DNA of 64,000 nt, taken from Lama glama (taxonomy: Eukaryota). The translations under genes were made by a program, and so were the position numbers. Location: assembly GCA_028534125.1 (NCBI GenBank), contig CM052816.1, positions 31,436,001 through 31,500,000 on the forward strand, written 5' to 3'. Shown piece by piece: positions 25,621 to 36,424 of the stretch. Every line of letters begins with the position of its first letter. The stretch's first letter is position 1. The notes beneath the pieces are model-generated. The model worked only from the letters and a program-made list of their open reading frames with translations, had not been told where the DNA came from and searched no databases.

Positions 25621-26589
25621 GGAAATGGGGTGGAAGCTACCTCCCAGGTGAGCAAGGAAGACAAGTTAGAAGTGCTATGTGATACATATTATAAGAGATA
25701 TGAACAGGATATTATGGGTGTCCGGAGCAGGAGTACTTAACATGGAGATAAAAGGAGATGTTTTCTGCCAAATATGATCAAGCTGTATCTTGAAATGACA
25801 GTACCATAACTATATCTACATAGTATTTTAAAAATGTAACATAATTGCTCATTAAAAAATCCAGTAAGATAAATACTTGGATTGGTTAGTCCCTATTCTA
25901 ATTGAGTCAAAAATTTATGTAATAGGGATGCTAAAGAGCTATCTCTTTAAACCTTAAAAACTGTGTTAGTCTTATTTGTAAAATTGCCTCATTCATTCAT
26001 TCATTCATTCAAAAGGTATTGTTGAATGCTGACTATGTGCAGGACTTTCAAGATACAGCGACAAGAAGGCAGATTTGGTGGTATTCTGGTAGAGTTTACA
26101 GTCTAATGGGAGAGATGAGAAATAAGCAGATATTCAAACATCTAATTAATCATAGTGTGATTATTGCCATAAAGGGAAGATCCAGGGTGATAGACTCCTC
26201 TAGATCCCATAACCCTAACCTTTCTAATGCAAGCTCTGGTACCTAAAGTGAAAATTATAGGCACTGGTTTACTTGGACTGTGAATAAATATCAATGGGTA
26301 ATAGTTGATAATTAATTATTTTACTTATACTGGGCCTTTGCCATCCTTATGAATTCTGTGCAACCCCGCAAAGAAAATAAGTAAATAACAGCTGATTCTC
26401 AGTAATGTTATTTTAGCAAAAGATCAGCTGGATTCAAATTCTGCCCATCCTATTCTTGAACATATTGATGACCCTCATTGGGATTTTAAAATACTTCCGA
26501 TGTGAAGAAGTCAGAAAGAAAAGCCTACATGCTCCCTGTCTGACTGGCATAGGTCTGTTACGTCCTGGCAATACATAAGGTGGACGTTA

Positions 26590-26730
26590 CAGGCCTTACA
26601 ACTCCTCCTGGAACTACCCAGCTCTGCCGCTGGAGCATGAAATTAGCTATAGACAACACATAAATGAACAGGCATGGCTGCCTTCTGGTAAAACTTCACT
26701 TACGAAGAACAGGTGGTAGGCCATGCTTTG
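26590..26730. mobile_element. MER58-like hAT DNA transposon fragment
   Basis: actacccagctctgccgctggagcatgaaa...gacaacacataaatgaacaggcatggctg...aaaacttcacttacgaagaacaggtggtaggcc. Confidence 0.65.
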
Positions 26731-28304
26731 CTGCTGCCCTCTGCTGTCGTTCCCTGTCCTGTATCTGGATGTTGTATCAATCTCGGTTGAACTGCTGAGA
26801 ATCTCCTCTAGCTAGTCTAAGCAGAAAGGTGTGCATTAGAGGATGCACAGTGTCATTGGGCAAGGTGAAGAGCTAGACTCTGGGTTGAGTTTCTGGGAGC
26901 TTTTGCCACAGCCATGAAACCTCCTGCCAGATTAGCAAGCTGCCAGCTCCCGAATCAACTGTGCTAGAGTCTTAACCAGCGAAGTAATTGCCTCATCCCC
27001 TGCCTCCCTTCATATTCAACTCAGACATGAAAGTACATCTGATTGGCAGAACTTAAATTACATCTGGAACTCTGGCTTAAAGAAAGTGTAGCAAATACAG
27101 CTTTTCGTACTTGGGGTCCAGGAAGTACAGGAAGGTTCACAAAAGGAAAGTGGAATCAGTTTTGGATGAGCAGATCTGCAGTATCTGCTACAGAACACCC
27201 ATCCATACCTTCCCTTTTTTCCATCCCTAGACTTCCAGACAACAATAGCAATAACAATTCTTAACAGAGCAATAACAACAGTATGCTGTCTCCCAGTACA
27301 GTGCAACCATCCCTCGTAAAAACCAAAGTGCACTCACCTTCTCCCAAGAAGGTAAAACCCGAAGTCCTATAGGTCACAACATCAGCTGCAGGATCCATCA
27401 CAGACCTGTCACCCTCAGGAGTTAGGTAGCCTCTCCTCTCCCCAGGAAAGGGGAAATGGGAGCGAGACCGAGCTGCCCAATGACCAAAAGGAAAGCAGCT
27501 CAGCTGTAAGAAGCTCCCACCATACTTTTCATACTCTTTATCTTAACTAGCAAACTCCTTCCATTTCTAAGCACTCTTGAGTTTCTCTTCTCTTAACGAA
27601 ATCCTTGCCTGACCTACATTCCTTTGTAGCTATTGGCTTCTCCTTTCCTTCTTTGCTGAGCTTTCCCCTCTCCCCATGCCCTCAATTCCTCTAGCCTCTT
27701 GAGCACCCTGCATTCTGGTTTGGGGGCTCCCACCGTTCCCCTCCCAACCTTACTGATGCAAGCCCCACCCCCCACCCCCCGTAGGTGTCCCTCCTGAATG
27801 ATTTTGTAGCACCTGTTTCCCTGAATGGAGCACCAGGGCAATGAGTCCTGATCGTCTACTTATCCTGGCTCCACATCCCTAAAACCCAGCAGGTCTTGGT
27901 GCAGAGTAAGATTTCAACAACACTTATACATGAATAACAACTTTTATTTATTAACTGAATTAACTGAAGAGACCATTCATTTTATACGTATTTGCCACAA
28001 GATGGTGCTATTCAGATAGGAGAGACAACTCAAAGGCCCTCTCGGGCTGAAGGAACCAAGTACTATATGCCTGAATGTTTGTTAAGTGTGTTAAATTTCA
28101 AAGGCAGTGATTTAAACACATAAGCTTTTCTGTGATAAACACATGAGCAGGTTGAAAATTGTTTATGAGTATGTGTTTTATTATCAAATTACTGCTGATC
28201 ACTATTTTACTACGGTTTGGGAGCCTCTCTTCCCAAGAGGTCAAAATGTTTTAAAAATGCAAATAATAACTCTTAATTTGAGTGCAATAAACTTTTGAGT
28301 AGGG

Positions 28305-28845
28305 CTGTATTTGGATTTTTCAGACAAATGGGAGAAATATAAATAAATAGACACATACATGCACACACACACACACACACACACACAGGTTCATTTTAAG
28401 GAATTGGCTCATGTGATTGGTGGGGCTGGCAGATCCCAGATCTGCAGGAAACTCAGAGTTGACTTTGCAGGTTTGAGTTGGAAGACTGGAAACTCAGATG
28501 GAATTTCTCTGTTGCCATCCAAGGCAGAGTTCCTTCTTTGGGAACCTCAGTATTGCTCTTAAGGCCTTCATTTATTGGGTAAGTTCCACGGACTATGGAA
28601 GATAATCTTCTTTACTCCAAGTCTACTGCTTTATTTATTTATTTATTTTAAATGGAAATATAGTTGATTTACAGTATTATATTAGTTTCAGGTGTACAGC
28701 ACAGTGATTCAGAATTATACAAAGTCTACGCTTTGAATGTCGATTCCATCTGAGAAATACCTTGAGAGCAACATCTGGACTGGTGTTTGACCAAACAACT
28801 AGGCACTGTAGCCCAGCCAAGCTGCCACATACAGTGAACTCTCAC
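28305..28845. mobile_element. MLT2 (ERVL) LTR carrying a small nested L1 3' end
   Basis: ttttaaggaattggctcatgtgatt...tttgaccaaacaactaggcactgtagcccagccaag; insert ~28633-28721 flanked by aagtctac(t)gcttt duplication. Confidence 0.7.
28362..28387. repeat. (CA)13 microsatellite
   Basis: Read directly; lies within an MLT2-like element. Confidence 0.95.
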
Positions 28846-29986
28846 AGAGGTCTAGGTGAGGCAAGTAAACTTAGTAGGCGAGAGAAAGTCACAGTGATGT
28901 TTCCGTTTTCAGTTAGGGACAGGGGTGAGAGGGCTGAGGGCTGTAACCACCCCGAGGAACCTCCCTGGAAATTTCTTCAGGGAGAGAGGCTGTCCCGAGA
29001 TAGGACCCACAGAAGTCTTCGGTTTAGGGCAGGAGTACACACAGGGACTGATCAGCATTGCATAGGGCTGAGGATGAATTAAACCTTGTGGACACAGTAA
29101 TTTCACCCCAACAGGCTCCATCCTGTAACATTTTTGTTTCAAAATGAGATTCAGGATTGGGGCAGTCCTTAGGATGAGGTTTTGCTTCCTCTTTTATTGA
29201 GAATAATGGAAGAGTGAAAGGGAACTTCTGCAGATGTCCAAGACCACATCCACCCACCCAGCCACCTGTGTCCACACTGTTTAGTTCTGCCTTCTCTTAT
29301 TTTTACTAAAGTAAAACTGTGTAAAGTTTTCTTTAACTTTTTGTTACATATTTAATCACAGTAATTCTGCTAGCATTTATGGAGCCATCTTCTAAGCCAT
29401 TTGATCTTTATAAAAGACCTTAAAAATAGGTACTGTAATTATCACTATTTTACATGTGATGAAATCAAAGCACAGAAATATAGGTAGAGTAACCTGTACA
29501 GTCTCGCAATTTTTTTTTATCGTAAGGCTGGAATTTACATTCAGGCAGTCTGAGTCCAGAGCTCATAGTCTTAATGAAAATGGAACTTTTAAATTTGCGT
29601 TTTGCATGCTCTGATTCTTCTTTATAGTCTTTTTTATTTCCTGTCATATTTGTGCATATTTGCCAAGTGTGCGTATATTCCCTGCTGTTCTTTTCATCTT
29701 ACTCTTGTTGAATGTGGGGGATTCTGTTGGGACCTTTTTTTGCCTAGACATAAAGTGACTACATTCTGGACTCTTCTCCTTCTCATCTTGGACCTGTTGA
29801 TCTTCCCTTCGGAACTTCAATTTAAGGACTACATTCTGGTGGGTTGTATTTTTCCACATTTCTGTTGCCCTAAGGGGATGTGATTAGCTCAGTTGGGCTG
29901 TGGTTAATAGTAATTGGTAGTTTTAGTCTTAGATTTTTTTTCTGGGGCAAGGGGTAGATGTGGGCATGTCATTCTGTCAAGTTAAA

Positions 29987-30055
29987 AGTAAAACAAAACA
30001 AAAAACAAAAAACAAACAAACAAAATATATATATATATTTATTTATTTATTTATC
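29987..30055. repeat. Compound simple repeat (AAAC)n-(AT)n-(ATTT)n
   Basis: Read directly. Confidence 0.85.
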
Positions 30056-30059
30056 AATC

Positions 30060-30600
30060 TTCAGGGAGCAATTTGGCCAGAGCTGTCACTAGCACATGCA
30101 TTTGTCCTCTGATACAGAAACCCCATTTGGGGGATTTATTCTACAGATGAACTTGCACACAGAAGAAATGACCTTTGTACCAAGTTGTTCACTACAGCAT
30201 TGTTCATAATAGTAGTAGACTGGAAACAACTCTCATGTTCAAGAACTGGGGATGATTCTGATGTATTCACGTGCTGGAAATGTCGTAAGTAAGAGCAGGG
30301 AAGCTCTCTGTATGCTGGTGCAGAAGGCTCTGAGGTTGTATTATTGGTGGAAAAAGCAATCTCTTTATCTGTGTATCTACTGCTGTTTGGTGGTGTGTAT
30401 GTATATATACAATGATACTTTTTTGACAAAGGAAAGAAAAAAGAACATACATGTTCATTAAGAAACAGTGGAAGGATATTGAAGAAACTAATAAAAGTGG
30501 TCACCAGTAGGAGGCCATTGGAATAACAGGATGGATGGAGAAGACAAGGAAGGGAGTGAGACCTTTCAATGTAAATATTTTCAAAGCTTGCCTTTTCTAA
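30060..30600 (+). mobile_element. Old L1 (L1ME-type) 3' fragment
   Basis: gggagcaatttggc...gttcactacagcattgttcataatag...ctggaaacaac. Confidence 0.6.
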
Positions 30601-32554
30601 AATAAATAAATAAATAAAAAACGTACACACACACGTTTTTATTCCTGTGACCAGTGATCCCATGTGCCTCTCCCCAGCGGCCACATTCTCCTTCCAACTA
30701 CTTAGCTGAGGGGAAGGAGGTGAAACTTTGAAAATGTTTTAACCCTGGTGCTGACTGTCCCTAATGGATAAGGAGGACTTTAAAGAGGCTTCGTAGGATT
30801 CTCTTTGCCAGGCTCTCCCCTCCCCTATTTCTTGCAGCGTCCTGCCTTTGGTCTGTTGTAGTGACACCTCTCTGTTGATGGAGTTAAATAGCTCAAGGTG
30901 AGCCTGGTGTGGTCCTCTCCCTTCCTTCTGTCCTTGATGAATACGGACCCTTTCCCCATCTCTGAGTCACGTGGTGGTGGGAAAGGCGGATCTCCAGCAC
31001 AGCGCATCCCACATCTTTTTCCCTTGGCTGTCTCCTTGCTCTCCCCCTCCAAGTTAGAAGGTTATGGTGAAGTTTTTCGAACACTGTCACCGAGTTTCTC
31101 CTCCCTGGTCTGCTTGGGGGTGGGGGGGGCAGGAGCGTTCGGAAGCTGGAATAGCATGTCATAGATTTCTGGACTATTGTTCTGTTTTGCTGACCAGTGT
31201 TTGAGGAAAATAAGACCTAAAAGTGTAATTATTTTTTATTGTTGTTTATTTTTATTTATTTCAAAGTATTTTGTTACCCTGGAAATTTTTGACACTTTTT
31301 ATGAAAAACTGTTAAACCTTCAGATGCACTCATCTGCAGTGGCTGGTGATTAGGATAAAGGGGTTGAGTTGGTTTAACAAACCTATCTCAATGAATAAAT
31401 GAAGATCATTTTAATTGACACTTTAAATGATTTCCCCGAATGGTTTCACAATTTTTTTTTTTATGCAGGTTAAGCCTCTTTCTGCAGCTTTGCATAGTAA
31501 AACTTCTCTTTATGCTGCAGTAACAAAATCGTCAGTTAATCCTAACCAATGAAGAGAATCTGAATTCATTTGGGTTTATTATTTGGGGTGTATGTATGTA
31601 GCATTTGAGGGTTGTCATGCCTTAGACTACCTCTGGGTGGCTGGCACAATGTGCTGTGGATCTGAACCTCAAGTACAGACAGAATAAATGAGAGGCAGTA
31701 GACACAAATTCTTAACGCTATTCAGAGACAGTAGCAAACCCTTTCGGTCTTTATATGCATTAGAAAGAAATTTTCTTTGGATTTTTCCTTATATTTTTTT
31801 CCCATAACAGTTTTTCACTATTTTTACTGAACGATTTCTTCTAAACCTGAATTATTTTGGCATGTGTAGCCATGTTACTTATGTTGTTATGAATATAATT
31901 CTAATTTCATCTTAAACTCTGGTCTTTGCCCATGAACATTAAAAAATGCTTTAGAATATAGCCTATGGGCCCATATTTGAAAATATGGAATTTATGTTTA
32001 CCTATTCCAAATTTTCTCTTTTGATAAAAGAATCCCCCTTGAAACTAACTATTTGAGGGTTATAGTAACAATATTGCCAACATTACCTGAAGATTTATTT
32101 AAATTAAATTCATACTGAGTGCCTTTCACAGCTGATCTAATTCTTCCACTCTGAATTTAGGATTTTTAAAATAAAAGAATGAGTATAGAGTATAAAGATT
32201 ATTTGTTGGTTTCACTGGAGAAAATCACAAGGCTTTGTTTCCAGCTTTCACTTCCAAACCAAGATGTTAATTTTTCCCTGGGTGAATAAATATGCTTTCT
32301 TAAGTATTACAAAGATTAGCTGAAAAAAAAGGCATTCCTTACTTTTCACAACCCTTATTACGATTTCTCCACTAGCCTCATTATAACAGTGCCTGACTCT
32401 AGGCAAACAGAAAAACTTTGACCCAATGAATCCTGGGCAACATTTCCTTTGACATTTCAGATCCTTATTCTGAGTCAGTAGAGCTACCTGTTAGCCATTG
32501 TAGGATATTTTTATTCTGTTTTGTGTTTGTGTTTGATGCCAAAATAAATTTTGT

Positions 32555-32725
32555 GTGGGGGTGGGGTGGGTATAGCTTAGTGGTAGAACACATGCTTAGC
32601 ATGCGTGAGGTCCTGGGTTCAAAAAAAAAAGAAGATTATAGCAGAAATAAATAGAAACCAAGAAAGCAGTAGGAAAGATCAATAAAACAAAGAGCTAGTC
32701 TTTGAAAAGATTAAAAAAACTGACA
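32555..32725 (+). mobile_element. Chimeric insertion: tRNA-derived SINE head + A10 + L1 ORF2 fragment, with a 14-bp TSD
   Basis: A box tagcttagtgg and B box ggttcaa; L1-like gcagaaataaatagaaaccaagaaagcagtaggaaagatcaataaaacaaagagctagtctttgaaaagatt; TSD AAAATAAATTTTGT at 32541-32554 and 32726-32739. Confidence 0.8.
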
Positions 32726-33171
32726 AAAATAAATTTTGTATTTGATATTTGAATATTCTGTTTCTTTAAGCTTTCCTTTTTCTAGTTTACACAATAATTT
32801 GGTTATGGAGAAGCTGGACTTAAACTCCATTTGAGTAGAGTGATATGGTACCTGATTTTCACTAAAATCCAAAGTAATTAATTTTAATCTGGAGGCTTAT
32901 AGTGCTAATATAACACCATTAAAGATTTCAAATGTCTCCTGTTGTATTAAACTGGACCCTCTGTTTAACTTACCCTTGACTACCTGTGGGAGCCCTTGTA
33001 AAGCTCAAAAAAGATTAGTGATTTTATTTCCCAGTCATTTGTTTGGCATTTCTTTCTTAGTGACCTTTATATTGTAACCTTTTTGAGGATTTCAGGTTGA
33101 ATGAAAGTTTCCAATTTTAATGTTTTGATCAGATTTATAATATCCTTCTGCTTTGTTATTTCTGCTTTTAG

Positions 33172-33230
33172 AATGAAAAGTAATGCTGAGAAATAAATGA
33201 AGCTTTCCTCTTCTGACTTGGATATTTATC
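33172..33230 (+). other. TICAM2: TICAM2 exon 2 5'UTR portion
   Basis: Acceptor ctttgttatttctgcttttag ending 33171, 59 nt before the start codon. Confidence 0.8.
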
Positions 33231-33923
33231 ATGGGTATCGGGAAGTCTAAAACGGATCCCTGCCCTCTTTCTCTCTCTTGGGGTAAAAGCCACAGTGTGG
33301 ATACAAGTCAAAGACATCACAAGTCAGATTCCGGGAAATCTGAAGAGCACTCCCTGCGTGATCATGTTGTGCAGAGCAGTGTAGCAGAGATGCCAGCAGA
33401 GGGACAGGAGGGAGCCGAGGCGGGGGAGGAGAGGCCTGAAGAGGAAGCAGAAGAAGAGGAGGTGTTCTTCAAATTTGTGATACTGCACGCCGAGGACGAC
33501 ACAGATGAAGCCCTCAGAGTACAGAATCTGCTGCAAAATGACTTCGGCATCAAACCTGGCATAATCTTTGCCGAGATGCCCTGTGGCAGACAGCATTTAC
33601 AGAATTTAGATGATGCCGTCAATGGGTCTGCCTGGACAATCTTACTGTTGACCGAGAACTTTTTAAGAGACACCTGGTGTAAGTTCCAGTTCTACACATC
33701 CCTCATGAACTCCGTGAACCGGCAGCACAAGTACAACTCTGTCATCCCCATGCGGCCCCTCAACAGCCCCCTGCCCCGGGAAAGGACTCCCTTTGCTCTG
33801 CGAACCATCAACGCCCTGGAGGAAGAAGGTCGTGGCTTTCCTACACAAGTGGAAAGGATTTTTCAGGAGTCTGTGTATAAGATACAACAAGCTATATGGA
33901 AAGAAACCAGAAATATGGTATGA
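33231..33923 (+). CDS. TICAM2: TICAM2/TRAM, TIR-domain adaptor of TLR4, 230 aa, single coding exon
   Basis: MGIGKS myristoylation start in strong Kozak context (atcATGg); Ser16 retained; acidic linker; TIR domain FVILHAEDDTDEA...EMPCGRQHLQNLDDAVNGSAWTILLLTENFLRDTWC; PRERTPF motif. Confidence 0.98.
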   Translation: MGIGKSKTDPCPLSLSWGKSHSVDTSQRHHKSDSGKSEEHSLRDHVVQSSVAEMPAEGQEGAEAGEERPEEEAEEEEVFFKFVILHAEDDTDEALRVQNLLQNDFGIKPGIIFAEMPCGRQHLQNLDDAVNGSAWTILLLTENFLRDTWCKFQFYTSLMNSVNRQHKYNSVIPMRPLNSPLPRERTPFALRTINALEEEGRGFPTQVERIFQESVYKIQQAIWKETRNMV

Positions 33924-34874
33924 AGGCGATTTACCGCCTGAGATGGACACACGACACATGGCTTGCTCTTATTTTGTAAAATGAGTGATTTGTCTTCATT
34001 TGAGAAAGCAAATTTCTAGGAAAAGTTTAAATGAAAGAGATCCTTGCTCTTATAGAAACTAAGAGCACAAGAAGGCTAAATTTCTGCAGGACAAGCTATA
34101 GAATTGCGGTACTTTTTCATGTGGCCATAAACTTGAAATTCTCAAGAGTTTCAAGAACTCTGTTTCCTCTCACAGTTTTCCTAGTTCGTGATTACGACAA
34201 AGAGTATTTTAAATTCGTATTCCTTGTATTGAATGTGAACAGAAACTTATGATGAATATTTTTAAAATCCAGTGTCACATTCGTTTTGTTCTCAAAGGAC
34301 ATGGAGAGAAAAATGGCCTCGAGAGATCTGCCCTCCTCCCTCTTAAGGCACCTCTCGTGAATGTTGCAGGGGAGTGTTGCCGCTACTGCCACCCAGCAAG
34401 AGGGACAGGCAGACTGGAACATTTACAATGGTTTTTTGAGGATTTGTTTTGTTTGTTTGGGTTTACCTTTGGAATGTTGAGTGCTGATAAATATGAAACC
34501 AAAAATAGATGTGAGAATGGTGGGGCTTTTTACAAGAATCCAATCAAATGTGTTTTCTGGAATTTCTGCTGGAATTTGCATCCCTGGAGGCAATTCCCAC
34601 CACTAATTAGTGGCACATTTGATAACAGTGTGGTTAGGGACTCCATGTCTGGTGTTGTGATGACCCCTGGAGTCAGAAATTCTCGACGGTAGTCACTTCT
34701 GTAACCAATGCTTTATGTGAAGAGCTTCTGAAAGGTGTAGATGTACTTGGCCAGATGTTCTCCTTTAGAAATCAGTAACCTCTCCTCTGGCAGCCTTTAA
34801 AAATTCTTCTGTCCTTTTTCCGCAATGCTCTATCCAGGAAATATTTCTCAGCGAGGTGATTAGAGTAGCCTGAT

Positions 34875-34876
<2 letters not shown>

Positions 34877-34916
<40 letters not shown>
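34877..34916. repeat. (GT)20 microsatellite in TICAM2 3'UTR
   Basis: Perfect dinucleotide run read directly. Confidence 0.97.
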
Positions 34917-34917
<1 letters not shown>

Positions 34918-35854
34918 GTAGATGATTTTCAGACTTGGGATAGGAGTAGGAGATGTGTTTTATGGCCTCCCCTTCTGTGTCCCACTCTCAGAGTGAGACC
35001 AGTTCCTTTCTCTCACAGCCTTTCTGCCCCAGCTGCGGTGGAGGGGAACCACCAAGTCCAGACCAGGGATAGGGTGGAGTGTGAATCCCGTCATGTCATG
35101 AGAAAGGCACCCAGTGGGGGGTCAGGACACCTGACCAGTCCAGTCTCTTTCACTGAGGATGAGTGTGACCATGGGCCAGCAACTCCCCCTCTTTTATCTG
35201 GGAAATGAAAGCACTGGATTGATGAATCTGAAGGTCTTTGTCTTCTCCCAGAATGTGAACAACTAGGAACCAGAGAAGGGAATAAGCAAAAAAAGAATTT
35301 TATAATGTGATATATAATATAGTAGATGCAGGAGGCTTCATATATATATGCTTACAATGAAAGGATATGCTTACATGTTTACAGCGTAACTGATTTCTAA
35401 TGCTGTGCATTACACTTTGATAGTCACAGAAAAGTATTGCGATACTTGCTTACAGAGCTTTTTTTAATACATTTTTTTTCTAGGGACTCTTGAGCAAAGA
35501 CATTCTGCCTAATTTTTCTTTCTCTTTATCCCCACTTCTCCATTTCCCCTACTAACACTGGGGTCTGCTCACATCCTTCTGCAGTCTGCCTTTTCCTGGT
35601 CATGAGCCAGCATGTTTCATAATCGTGTGAGTAAGTCAAGCCTCGCCTCTGTTAGTACATATCAAAGATGAACTTCTTCTTCTATCGTAGTAGCTTACTA
35701 CTCACTTTTCTTCTTCAGTTCTAATGATAAGGACTTTTTTTTTGCCATATTGCTTCCTGTATCTCCAAATTCACATAAAAGTAAAACATTCATTAATCGC
35801 CCACCCTTCCTGTCTGCCAAAGTTGGAGCAATTGATGCTGGATGGTGTTTTTAA

Positions 35855-35860
35855 AATAAA
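35855..35860 (+). terminator. TICAM2: Probable TICAM2 polyadenylation signal
   Basis: AATAAA with downstream tgtctttattctttgcctttg. Confidence 0.65.
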
Positions 35861-36424
35861 TGTCTTTATTCTTTGCCTTTGACTAAGTGTGATTCTTTCC
35901 AACTCCAGTTAAGATTGTGGAAAAGTGTTTTGAAAAGAGGCATCAATCTGTACTCCTCCACCAGGCACCAGGCTCAACGGCTCAGTCGATTTGGAGTTTA
36001 ATATTTTTTTATGATGAAGAAAAATGTTAAGTACTGAGTAACTGTCTATGTTGAAACGAGTGGTTGTAATAAGGGATTATCAAAATAGCTGAACTGAGTA
36101 TGAAAAGAGGTAAAGTTGTGGCCTTAATCATGTGTTTGTGTTCACATGTATAGATTCAAACTTCGACACACACACAGCAGGGGAATTCTGTAAAATTTCA
36201 CCACATGCTGAGAACATCCTTTTTGAGTGTCTGTGGGCCTCATTGCCTGCCCTGGAGCTTCACAGAGGAACCTGAGTTGTGCCTTGTGTGTTAGCTAAGA
36301 TTCAGCTGTAAGAAGAAAACCCAATGCCAGGTGACCTATGCTATAATATAAAGGTACTGTCTAACCTAACAGGAGGTGCCCTAAGGTGTGGTGCCTCAAA
36401 GGGGCCATTAAAACCCAAGTTCGT

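Larger units (their letters stand above)
33924..35885 (+). other. TICAM2: TICAM2 3'UTR
   Basis: Ends near AATAAA 35855-35860, which is followed by U/GU-rich sequence. Confidence 0.65.

Noticed and set aside
30136..30684. 182-aa minus-strand ORF
   Set aside because: Antisense to an old L1 fragment; no domain
32571..32622. tRNA gene candidates here and at 50125-50200
   Set aside because: A/B boxes belong to SINE heads with A-rich tails and TSDs; no complete cloverleaf
33324..33959. Antisense and alternate-frame ORFs over TICAM2
   Set aside because: Shadow ORFs of the real CDS with no independent support
34249..34692. 147-aa ORF in the TICAM2 3'UTR
   Set aside because: No recognisable homology or coding signature; consistent with chance
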